From: Patescibacteria group bacterium
Lineage (GTDB): Bacteria > Patescibacteriota > Microgenomatia > Levybacterales > UBA12049
Assembly: GCA_038061125.1 (NCBI GenBank)
Contig: JBBTZX010000034.1
Coordinates: forward strand, 1-40,074
DNA length: 40,074 nt
Direction of reading: 5' to 3'
Part shown: positions 15,686 through 23,207 of the stretch, piece by piece
How positions within the stretch are numbered: the stretch's first letter is position 1
Layout of the letters: each line of letters starts with the position of its first letter
The notes under the pieces: model-generated
Told to the model about the DNA's origin: nothing
The model's database searches: none
Seen by the model: the letters and a program-made list of their open reading frames with translations, nothing else
Translations under genes and position numbers: made by a program

Positions 15686-16938
15686 TTTTCGCTTACTATT
15701 TTTGCAATTTTTTGTCCGAGTTCTACTGCGTAATTTGTTCCTCTGTCCCAAGGGTAAACTTGTTGGATATTGGCAAGATAAACATTTTTAAGCGGAGTTT
15801 CAAAAGGAGGCATTATTTTTGAATAATTAATCGGAATAATGGGTTGCGAAAAAGGAGTTTTGAATAGTTGATAGTTGATAGTTGATAGTTGATAGTTGGG
15901 ATTTATTTTTTTCAAAAAAGGATCATAGATTTTTAATAATTCTTCTGCTGACATTTTCATATGCGGATGGTCATAGGGCAAATAGTTTCCCAAATACACG
16001 ATATGTTCGTTATTATAATATTTTTTATCCATAAAATTTGTATGCTCAACAACAGCCATTACTGACGAGTTTTTTTCGCAGATGCTTAGCCAATAAGTGC
16101 CGTCTTTTAAAAACTGTTTTTTTAAACGCAATACTAAATTTAGAGAACCTAATCCTTTGAGACTTGTTAACTTATCTTTATAATCATTTGGCAGTTGAGG
16201 CGCAATTTTGAGAAATGAAAAAGAAGGTAGGGTAACAACAACTGCGTCGAATTTTAACGTGTTGATTGAAAGTTTTTCATTACTTTTTAGTTCAGTTACT
16301 TCTGTATTAAACAAAACTTTTCCTCCGTTTTGTTTAATTTTTGTAACAAGAGTATTTGCGAAGTTTAGAAATCCTCCTTCAGGATAGGCAAGGGAAGGAG
16401 TTCTTTTTACAAGTCTAGCCCAAAACCAAGCAAGAGATACGCTGTTAGCGTATTTCCCAAATTTATTAATAAGTTGGGGCTCCCAAATTTTTTCGTAAGC
16501 ATTTTTCCCCATTGCTTTACGAAGAAAATTTGCGGCTTTTATTTTTTCAAGAGGTTTCCAGAAAGGATTATAACGAAGCAATCCTAAAACTGCAGCCATT
16601 CTTAACTTTTCGTATAAATTTAATTTCGGGAAAGTAAGAACTTTACTTAAAGAATCAAGTTGGTAGATACTATTATCCAGATAAACAGAAGTCTTTGGTC
16701 TTTTTATTAAAACTTTATAACCAATTTCTTTTGCAAGTCCTAAAATGCTTTTATCGTTGGTAAACCAGTGATGGTAGTGTTTCTCCAAAGACCACTCCCA
16801 GTCTTTTTGAGTAAATCCAACTGCTAGGCCTCCTGGACTATCATCTTTCTCAAAGAGAGTAACTTGATGATTGTTCTTTGTAAGATAATAAGCTGCGGAC
16901 AGGCCTGTAAATCCGGCTCCGATAATTGCTATTTTCAT
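15682..16938 (-). CDS. FAD/NAD(P)-binding oxidoreductase (amine-oxidase / phytoene-desaturase-like fold)
   Basis: MKIAIIGAGFTGLSAAYYL dinucleotide-binding motif followed by FEKDDSPGG. 418 aa. Confidence 0.65.
   Translation of the reverse strand: MKIAIIGAGFTGLSAAYYLTKNNHQVTLFEKDDSPGGLAVGFTQKDWEWSLEKHYHHWFTNDKSILGLAKEIGYKVLIKRPKTSVYLDNSIYQLDSLSKVLTFPKLNLYEKLRMAAVLGLLRYNPFWKPLEKIKAANFLRKAMGKNAYEKIWEPQLINKFGKYANSVSLAWFWARLVKRTPSLAYPEGGFLNFANTLVTKIKQNGGKVLFNTEVTELKSNEKLSINTLKFDAVVVTLPSFSFLKIAPQLPNDYKDKLTSLKGLGSLNLVLRLKKQFLKDGTYWLSICEKNSSVMAVVEHTNFMDKKYYNNEHIVYLGNYLPYDHPHMKMSAEELLKIYDPFLKKINPNYQLSTINYQLFKTPFSQPIIPINYSKIMPPFETPLKNVYLANIQQVYPWDRGTNYAVELGQKIAKIVSEK
15864..15898. repeat. Perfect tandem heptanucleotide repeat ATAGTTG x5 inside the oxidoreductase CDS
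   Basis: Five identical units read directly. Encodes NYQLSTINYQL on the minus strand. Confidence 0.95.
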
Positions 16939-16944
16939 AGAAAC

Positions 16945-18294
16945 CTAATGGGCAAGAAGAAAAAATAATAAGCCAAAAATAGTTGTAGCAGCTGCAGCCA
17001 TACCCAAGAAAATAACAGATGAGTTGCCAGCTGCAGGTAAGGGAATTTTGGTTGGGGCAGGTATTATTGCAGTTGGAACTGGCGATGGAGCAATTGAAAT
17101 AGTTTGAATCGGAGTTGTGGTTGGATTAGGAACGGAAGTTAATATTGGCGTTGCCGATGGAGTTGCTGATTGATTAACTTGAGTACCTGATGCATAAACT
17201 GTAAATGATTGCTGTATTGTTTTTAAGATTCCGGATTTATCTCTGCTAACTATAGATATAGTATGGTTTCCCGGAGAAAGAGGAGTTGATGGGCGATATG
17301 TCCAATTTCCATTCGCATCTGAGGTTACCTCTGTTTGTATTTGCTCATCAGAGTGGATTATAATTTGAACCTTCTCATTAGGAAGCGCACTCCCTTTAAA
17401 TATGGGTTTGTTATCGGTAAAACCTTCATCCTTTTTAGGCGCTAAAATTTGCGGATTTTGATTCGCAGAAGAGGAAGATACTAATTGTGAGGAAAAGGAT
17501 GGAAAACCGCCAATAGGGGTTGCAGATTGCGACGGTATAGGAGAACTTCCTATTGTAAAATCATAATCATTAGAGAGAGTTACCGTTGGGATTGGATTAA
17601 TTTGATCTTTTGATAATAAAACATTTGATTTCAAAGAGTCTCCTACTACGAGTAATTTGATAATAGTATTTTTTTGAAAAGCAAAATATCCGCTTAAATC
17701 CTTATTCAAAAGAGAATTTAGGGGTAATATATAGCTTCCATCCTGTTTGACAAGAGTTGATATAACTTGTGCATTTTCCGCCGTTACATAAATTATCGCC
17801 TCACTTGGCATAGTTCCATTAGGCGAAATTATTTTGCCGCTAAGAGGTGTTTGCTGGGAAGGGGATCCGTCAATTGCTCTTGCCGTGAAAGCTTCAAATA
17901 AATTGCTATTGTTTAAAAATGTGTTTTGTCCCGAAAGTATAGAGAAATAATATTTAGTAGAAGGATTAAGTCCTCTTACGGTAATATTATGTATTTTATG
18001 AGGACTAACAGAACCTGTTTGCTGATCTCTGTCATCCAAAGCGCTTTGCCCCAAATTTTTACTGTCGCCAAAATTAATGGAACCGATTACCTTATCTTCT
18101 GTGGTGTAGGATACGGTAAATGATGATTCCTGGATATTGGAAATTCTGACATCGGTTGGGGTTTGGGATGGACCGGCACGGCTAATAAATATCACTCCGC
18201 TTTTAACAAGTAACGAAGTTATGATTATGCCAATTCCAATCATGCCAATTCCTAGCAATGTAGGGATACGTTTATTCCATATATTATTTTTCAT
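16945..18294 (-). CDS. Secreted/surface protein with FN3/Ig-like repeats, an N-terminal TM anchor and a C-terminal LPAAG plus hydrophobic tail
   Basis: 449 aa. N-terminal helix IPTLLGIGMIGIGIIITSLLV, an FN3-like stretch (HNITVRGLNPSTKYYF), a Pro/Thr/Ser-rich linker, and a C-terminus LPAAGNSSVIFLGMAAAATTIFGLLFFLLAH. Confidence 0.5.
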   Translation of the reverse strand: MKNNIWNKRIPTLLGIGMIGIGIIITSLLVKSGVIFISRAGPSQTPTDVRISNIQESSFTVSYTTEDKVIGSINFGDSKNLGQSALDDRDQQTGSVSPHKIHNITVRGLNPSTKYYFSILSGQNTFLNNSNLFEAFTARAIDGSPSQQTPLSGKIISPNGTMPSEAIIYVTAENAQVISTLVKQDGSYILPLNSLLNKDLSGYFAFQKNTIIKLLVVGDSLKSNVLLSKDQINPIPTVTLSNDYDFTIGSSPIPSQSATPIGGFPSFSSQLVSSSSANQNPQILAPKKDEGFTDNKPIFKGSALPNEKVQIIIHSDEQIQTEVTSDANGNWTYRPSTPLSPGNHTISIVSRDKSGILKTIQQSFTVYASGTQVNQSATPSATPILTSVPNPTTTPIQTISIAPSPVPTAIIPAPTKIPLPAAGNSSVIFLGMAAAATTIFGLLFFLLAH

Positions 18295-18554
18295 AATTTT
18301 ATATTTCCTCCGGATGTTGCTTGTTTGGAAGGGCTAGGCGTAGGAAGAAGCTCATAAATTGGGGCAACTTTATTTCTTGTTTTAAGCCTGTCAATAGTTT
18401 TAGTATCGAACGTAGGATTTATAGATTTGATATCTACGCTTTGCACCTGCGAGATTGTAGATGTTGCCAAATTATGATAAATGCTAAAGCCTATCCAGGC
18501 AATAACAATAATAGATGTCAGCGCCAAAATCAGAATTATATCTTTTTGTTTCAT
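18291..18554 (-). CDS. Small membrane-anchored protein of unknown function (pilus-operon member)
   Basis: 87 aa, a single N-terminal TM helix. ATGA overlap with the downstream gene. Confidence 0.4.
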   Translation of the reverse strand: MKQKDIILILALTSIIVIAWIGFSIYHNLATSTISQVQSVDIKSINPTFDTKTIDRLKTRNKVAPIYELLPTPSPSKQATSGGNIKL

Positions 18555-18558
18555 AAAA

Positions 18559-19143
18559 TCATTTTTTGTAAAAAGCCATACCTCTAAGGGTAAAACGCAA
18601 AGAAGTATTGCTGTCGGTCTGTCTATTAATTGAAAGAGCTTCTATATCAATAAGTCTTTGCATCTTAGCAAGGGAATTAATAAATTGCGAGATATTTTCG
18701 TAAGATCCAAATCCAGAAACGGAAAATTCGAAAGAATAATATTTATTATTAGTTCCATTATTTTTGACAAGTTCTACTTGAAAGTTCTGTAGGCTTTCCA
18801 ATTGAATATTGGACTGTTTAGCGATAGATTGAATTTCCCCCATCACAAGAGGAATTTGGGAATCTTGCGGGATTGTATTTAGGATGATTGGTATATCATT
18901 TTGTAATGTGGAATACTTTTGTTGGAGAATAGAAAGATTTGAAATTTTTTGTCTAAGACTATTGTCGATAAATTGATTATCCTCCAATTCTTTTTGAAGC
19001 CTGGCGATTGTAGATAAAGTTGGATTTATAGCAAATAATCCGAAAAAGGACAAAGCAATTAAAGTCAAAATGATTGTCGTAAATTTCCTCGTATTCTTAT
19101 TCCCAAAATTGGGTAAAAGGACAAAATTTTTGTTTATTTCCAT
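18559..19143 (-). CDS. PilO-like type IV pilus assembly protein
   Basis: 194 aa. N-terminal TM helix, then a coiled-coil (LQKELEDNQ...LQQKYSTLQ) and an alpha/beta C-terminal domain. Directly follows the PilN-like gene. Confidence 0.45.
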   Translation of the reverse strand: MEINKNFVLLPNFGNKNTRKFTTIILTLIALSFFGLFAINPTLSTIARLQKELEDNQFIDNSLRQKISNLSILQQKYSTLQNDIPIILNTIPQDSQIPLVMGEIQSIAKQSNIQLESLQNFQVELVKNNGTNNKYYSFEFSVSGFGSYENISQFINSLAKMQRLIDIEALSINRQTDSNTSLRFTLRGMAFYKK

Positions 19144-19150
19144 ATTTATA

Positions 19151-19690
19151 TTATTTTTGCTTCAAAGATGCAGTAATGCTAACTGCAATAGAACTACTTA
19201 ATGGTTTATTTTCTATGTTGCTAATAGCAACAGTTTTAATCAAAGGATAATTGGTAAGAGAATTTACAAAAGAGCTCAAAGAGGACGTAGTCTGAATGCT
19301 CGCATCTATATTAATCCCATTTTTGTTTAGGGTAAGTGAATTAAATGTCATATCCGAAGGGGCAAATCTAATAACGTCTTGAAAAATCTTAGGCGTGGCA
19401 TTTTCCGAGTTAGAAAAACTGGAAGCTAAAGATAAACGATCTTGAAGATTTCGGTATTTATCTTCGTTATTCTTCAATATAGCAACTATAGCTTGTTCTT
19501 GTTTAATTTTGGAGTGAAGATCAATTAGCTGTCTATCTAAAGAAAATCTATAGAGGAAAGAAGATAAGGCTATTAGTTCGGTTAGTATCACCAGTAGCCG
19601 TCCAACCGTAAGAGCCCAATTTATTACTTTATCTAAAACACTAATCTGCTCATTCCTAAGTAGATTAATAGAAGTAGGCTTATTCGCCAT
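19151..19690 (-). CDS. PilN-like type IV pilus assembly (fimbrial assembly) protein
   Basis: 179 aa. N-terminal SINLLRNEQ (INLL motif), then a TM helix and a coiled-coil. Confidence 0.5.
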   Translation of the reverse strand: MANKPTSINLLRNEQISVLDKVINWALTVGRLLVILTELIALSSFLYRFSLDRQLIDLHSKIKQEQAIVAILKNNEDKYRNLQDRLSLASSFSNSENATPKIFQDVIRFAPSDMTFNSLTLNKNGINIDASIQTTSSLSSFVNSLTNYPLIKTVAISNIENKPLSSSIAVSITASLKQK

Positions 19691-19699
19691 AGTGATTTT

Positions 19700-19728
19700 A
19701 GTCTAGGCGAATTTGGCTTTTTTGTCAA
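19700..19728 (-). promoter_or_regulatory. Promoter of the pilN-like operon (putative leaderless mRNA)
   Basis: Minus strand: TTGACA (19728-19723), 17 nt, TAGACT (19705-19700), then 9 nt to the ATG at 19690. Confidence 0.45.
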
Positions 19729-19738
19729 AGATAATTTT

Positions 19739-20026
19739 CTATTTTTTGGATTTTTTGGGAGATTTTTTTGAAGAAATTATTGTTTTTGCTTTTTTGCCGA
19801 CTAATTTAGAAAGACTAGATTTTAATCTTGCAGCTTTATTTTTATGAATAATGTACTTTTTAACAGCTTTATCTATGAGTTTAGTAGCTTGAATTATATT
19901 TTTTTCCGAAGAAGTTTTTCTCGCTTTTTTAATAGCATCTCTTAAGAGATTTTTTGCTTTTCTATTTTCTAAAGTTCTTTTCTTATCTTGTCGTAACTTT
20001 TTCTTTGCTGATTTTGTTACTGGCAT
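19739..20026 (-). CDS. rpsT: 30S ribosomal protein S20
   Basis: 95 aa, basic. MPVTKSAKKKLRQDKKRTLENRKAKN is typical of the bS20 N-terminus. Confidence 0.85.
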   Translation of the reverse strand: MPVTKSAKKKLRQDKKRTLENRKAKNLLRDAIKKARKTSSEKNIIQATKLIDKAVKKYIIHKNKAARLKSSLSKLVGKKAKTIISSKKSPKKSKK

Positions 20027-20032
20027 AGGTTT

Positions 20033-20050
20033 ATTTTAGCATGCTATACT
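20033..20050. promoter_or_regulatory. Back-to-back extended -10 promoters for rpsT (-) and murJ (+) sharing a GCATGC core
   Basis: Plus strand: TGCTATACT (20042-20050), 12 nt before the murJ ATG. Minus strand: TGCTAAAAT (20041-20033), 6 nt before the rpsT ATG. Confidence 0.45.
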
Positions 20051-20062
20051 ATAAAAAACAAT

Positions 20063-21745
20063 ATGCCTACGGATTTTATTAAGAGGAGTCTTCGGATTTT
20101 GCTTTCCCGCCAAACAAATATTTTGTCTGCGGCGATTGTAATTATGGCAACGATTATTTTTTCCCAGCTTTTGGGATTAGTTCGCCAAAGACTCCTGGTT
20201 AGTATTTTTGGAGCGTCTGACACATTGGGAGTTTATCTTGCTTCGTCTCGTCTTCCAGATTTTCTCTTCCAATTAACTATTGCAGGAGCTTTATCATCGG
20301 CATTCATACCAATCTTTTCCAATTATCTGGAAAAAGGTAAGGAAAAAGATGCTTATAGAGTTGGATCAACATTTCTTATGCTAAGTTCAGTTATTTTTTT
20401 ATTTTTGTCAATAATCCTTTTTATTTTTTCAAAAGAATTATCAAGGCTTATAGCTCCTGGTTTTTCCAAAGAGCAGATAGAGCTTATGGCAGGTCTTATG
20501 AGAATAATAATAGCAGGAGAGTTTTTATTCATAATTGGGAGCTTTTTATCTGCAGTTCTTCAATCTTATAATCATTTTTTCATTCCGGGAATTGCCGCTG
20601 CACTTTATAATTTGGGAATTATCATTGGGATTGTTTTATTGTCGCCGGTTTTGGGCATATATTCTGCAGCATTCGGAGTTATTCTAGGCGCCTTTATCTT
20701 TATCTTGGTTCAATTGCCGCAAATTAAAGCAGTCGGGTTTTCTTTTATCCCGTCCTTCTCTATAAAAACAAGCGGAGTTTTGGATATCTTTAAGCTTATG
20801 TGGCCAAGAACAATTTCCATAGGGGTTTTTCAATTGGGAACAATTGCCACAGTGACCCTTGTTTCTTTTCTGCAGTCCCCAGGCAGGAGCTATGTAATTT
20901 TTGATTACGCGCAAACTTTAGCCTTTGCTCCCGTTGTTCTTTTCGGTCAGGCCATAGCACAGGCCGCTTTCCCGATATTATCAAGAGAAAAAGATAAATT
21001 AGAAGATTTTAAGGTAACTTTTCTAACAAGTTTTAATCAAATAATTTATTTAATCATGCCTGTTTCTGTTTTATTTTTGGTATTAAGAATTCCGGTTGTA
21101 AGATTAATATATGGAGCAGCACAATTTGATTGGCAGGCGACTGTACTTACAGGCAGGACTCTTGCTTTTTTTAGCATTTCTCTTTTTGCCCAAGCCCTTG
21201 TTTATCTAATCTCAAGAGGGTTTTATGCCTTGCATGACACAAAACCCCCTTTGATTATCGGAGCAATAACTACAATCCTTATGATTGGCTTGGGTGCACT
21301 ATCCATATTGGTATATCATCAAGGGATAGAAAGCATAGCGATTGCATATTCTATCGCCAGCATTGTTAATTTTTTGGCGCTTTTTATAATTTTGGATATA
21401 AAAGTTGGCAGTTTTCAAAAATTTACTTTAGCATTATCTCTAATGAAAATTTCCATCGCGACAATTTTTATGGGAATAGCACTTTATGTGCCGATAAAAC
21501 TTTTAGACCAATTGGTTTTTGATACTACGAAGACAATTAACCTTTTGTTACTTACGGGCATATCGAGCGTCATAGGTATCGGGATATATCTTTTTCTGAC
21601 ATGGCTTTTAAACGTGAAGGAAGCATTTACTTTCCTTCTTATTTTTAGAAAAATCGGAAACCTGCCTCGCGGCAAGGCGGGTTGGAAAGAAATTTTAGGA
21701 AAATCCGAAGAAGTTATAGACGGTACGCAAATAAATAAAATTTAG
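20063..21745 (+). CDS. murJ: Lipid II flippase MurJ/MviN
   Basis: 560 aa, about 14 TM helices. N-terminal GLVRQRLLVSIFGASDTLGVYLASSRLPDFLFQL is typical of MurJ. Confidence 0.85.
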   Translation: MPTDFIKRSLRILLSRQTNILSAAIVIMATIIFSQLLGLVRQRLLVSIFGASDTLGVYLASSRLPDFLFQLTIAGALSSAFIPIFSNYLEKGKEKDAYRVGSTFLMLSSVIFLFLSIILFIFSKELSRLIAPGFSKEQIELMAGLMRIIIAGEFLFIIGSFLSAVLQSYNHFFIPGIAAALYNLGIIIGIVLLSPVLGIYSAAFGVILGAFIFILVQLPQIKAVGFSFIPSFSIKTSGVLDIFKLMWPRTISIGVFQLGTIATVTLVSFLQSPGRSYVIFDYAQTLAFAPVVLFGQAIAQAAFPILSREKDKLEDFKVTFLTSFNQIIYLIMPVSVLFLVLRIPVVRLIYGAAQFDWQATVLTGRTLAFFSISLFAQALVYLISRGFYALHDTKPPLIIGAITTILMIGLGALSILVYHQGIESIAIAYSIASIVNFLALFIILDIKVGSFQKFTLALSLMKISIATIFMGIALYVPIKLLDQLVFDTTKTINLLLLTGISSVIGIGIYLFLTWLLNVKEAFTFLLIFRKIGNLPRGKAGWKEILGKSEEVIDGTQINKI

Positions 21746-22043
21746 TCCTCAAAAATAAAATAATTTTCAAAAAAGATTGATAAATTAGTATAATCAAAAA
21801 ATAAATCTCGATAAAATTCCCCAAACCCAAATTATTTTTCATTCCCAATTTGACAAGAAAATAAAAGAAAATAACCTGTAATTCCGGACATTTTTTCATC
21901 TTTATCTACTAAAATAGGCTATATATTTAGCCTCAAAAACCTAAAACACATGATAAAAAATGAAAAGATAGGTTTTATAAGGGTTGTTATTAACTGATTT
22001 AGACCAAAAAATCAAAATCTCTTGGGGGCAAATAAGATTGTAA

Positions 22044-22080
22044 ATGTCATTATATGTCATTAAACGTCTGAAAATGTCAT
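22044..22080 (+). promoter_or_regulatory. Three phased ATGTCAT sites (candidate operator/iterons)
   Basis: ATGTCAT at 22044-22050, 22054-22060 and 22074-22080, so the spacing is 10 and 20 bp. Each site is a near-palindrome (ATGnCAT). Confidence 0.3.
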
Positions 22081-22130
22081 ATTAGCTAGCTATTAATGAT
22101 ATCCATGGTATTAAGGGGCTTTTTTGGGGC

Positions 22131-22158
22131 TTGACATTTCTGGAATAAGTGCTATACT
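22131..22158 (+). promoter_or_regulatory. Promoter of the 22201 gene
   Basis: TTGACA (22131-22136), 16-nt spacer, TGCTATACT extended -10 (22150-22158). Overlapped by the GGGGCTT x2 direct repeat (22115-22121, 22126-22132). Confidence 0.5.
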
Positions 22159-22200
22159 TCTAATACTTAAATAATACTTAAAGTTTTTAAGTTTGGTTTT

Positions 22201-22971
22201 ATGAATTCTTTAAAAGAAGTAAAAAATTTAAGAAAAAGAAATAGAAGCTCGAGATATCCATCTCTTTCGCTAGAATATGCGGTAAAGGTTATTGAAGAAG
22301 CTAGGAAATTTGGAAAAAACGTGACGAGCGCGAATTTGGGCGGTACAGGCGCAAAGAGCGGAGCTTACATACGTAAGAAAGCTTCATTAGGGTATTATGG
22401 TTTATTATCTGGAACAGGCGACAATCTTCAAATAACCGATCTGGCAGATAAAATTGTTTATGCAAAAAGCGAGGAAGAAAAAGCAAACTCACTGAGACAA
22501 GCGTTTCTTTCCCCCGATCTTTTTTCTACGATATGCCAAAAGATTGAAAAAAATACTCCTATTAATCTCGAAGTATTAGGGAATGTTTTTATTAGAGATT
22601 ATGGAATTCAGCCTTCTGCGAAAAAGGCTTTACTCCAAAATTTCGTGAGTTCTGGGATCTTTGCCAATGTGATTAAGTATAGCGGTGAAAACAAAAGAGA
22701 TATTATTTTTTCAGACAATGATAAAGGTAAGGAGGAAAAGACCTCTGTTATAATGTCGCAGCAAGACAATGAAGCTTCTCGGGGAATATCGGGAAATTAT
22801 ACTATTGATCTTCCATCCGGAATAATAATTTCATTTCCAGCAGATATGAAATTTAATGTTAGTGTGGGAGAATTTGCACAACCGATTAGGGATCTGGAAA
22901 AAATAGCATCAAGTTTAAAAGAAAAAAAACAAAAACATGGGGAGCATATCCAAGCGGACGAAGGTAAGTAG
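22201..22971 (+). CDS. Hypothetical protein, possibly with an N-terminal winged-helix-like domain
   Basis: 256-aa ORF. No motif I can name with confidence. First gene of the accessory islet. Confidence 0.35.
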   Translation: MNSLKEVKNLRKRNRSSRYPSLSLEYAVKVIEEARKFGKNVTSANLGGTGAKSGAYIRKKASLGYYGLLSGTGDNLQITDLADKIVYAKSEEEKANSLRQAFLSPDLFSTICQKIEKNTPINLEVLGNVFIRDYGIQPSAKKALLQNFVSSGIFANVIKYSGENKRDIIFSDNDKGKEEKTSVIMSQQDNEASRGISGNYTIDLPSGIIISFPADMKFNVSVGEFAQPIRDLEKIASSLKEKKQKHGEHIQADEGK

Positions 22972-23016
22972 CTTCCAAAACTACTACACATACGGATATA
23001 GCATATTTTTATGTGT

Positions 23017-23047
23017 TCCATCGCAAGTTCAAATCTTGCTCTCTCCA
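23017..23047 (+). pseudogene. tRNA 3'-end relic (T-arm plus acceptor 3' strand), not an intact tRNA
   Basis: GCAAG-TTCAAAT-CTTGC (perfect 5-bp T-stem with a canonical T-loop), then TCTCTCC plus the discriminator A. No complementary GGAGAGA 5' strand within 90 nt upstream. Confidence 0.5.
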
Positions 23048-23067
23048 GTACTAAACGACTTAAGATA

Positions 23068-23097
23068 TTGACCGATTGGCACGAAATGTGTTAAAAT
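23068..23097 (+). promoter_or_regulatory. Orphan promoter upstream of a short terminated transcript
   Basis: TTGACC (23068-23073), 18-nt spacer, TGtTAAAAT extended -10 (23089-23097). Confidence 0.4.
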
Positions 23098-23103
23098 ACT
23101 TAA

Positions 23104-23150
23104 ACACATAAGAATATGCTAGCAAAAACACCTCCTCTGGGAGGTTTTTT
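23104..23150 (+). ncRNA. Candidate ~45-nt small RNA (promoter to terminator, no ORF)
   Basis: The predicted TSS is about 23104. The transcript would end at the hairpin CCTCC-tctg-GGAGG plus T6. No coding potential. Confidence 0.25.
23131..23150. terminator. Intrinsic terminator, probably bidirectional (also serves the convergent methyltransferase gene)
   Basis: CCTCC (23131-23135) pairs with GGAGG (23140-23144), followed by TTTTTT. On the minus strand the hairpin is followed by tgttttt. Confidence 0.6.
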
Positions 23151-23207
23151 GTTGAGAGATTCCTGTCGTATATTCGTAATACGAAAAGAGTAGTTGGATA
23201 TAAACCG

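Noticed and set aside
15686-15751. N-terminal extension (MGQRNKLRSRTRTKNCKNSKRK) of the GT-C ORF
   Set aside because: It overlaps the 3' end of the oxidoreductase by 70 nt. The internal ATG at 15685 gives a clean ATGA stop/start overlap and a normal TM1-first N-terminus.
2112-15898. Heptamer arrays as CRISPR or other spacer-repeat arrays
   Set aside because: The units are 7 nt, directly tandem without spacers, and lie inside intact CDSs. No CRISPR-like repeat-spacer periodicity or cas genes occur anywhere in the window.
21714-21899. 61-aa minus-strand ORF in the murJ-downstream spacer
   Set aside because: It is an extremely AT-rich, low-complexity translation (runs of I/L/F/K). It overlaps the murJ 3' end and has no promoter or SD sequence.
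21916-21933. Hairpin AGGCTA-tatatt-TAGCCT as a murJ terminator
   Set aside because: It is only 6 bp with 3 GC pairs. No T-run follows on the plus strand, and it lies 170 nt beyond the murJ stop.
22975-23047. A complete tRNA gene ending at 23047
   Set aside because: Only the T-arm and the 3' acceptor strand are present. There is no complementary 5' acceptor strand (GGAGAGA), D-arm or anticodon stem in the preceding ~70 nt.
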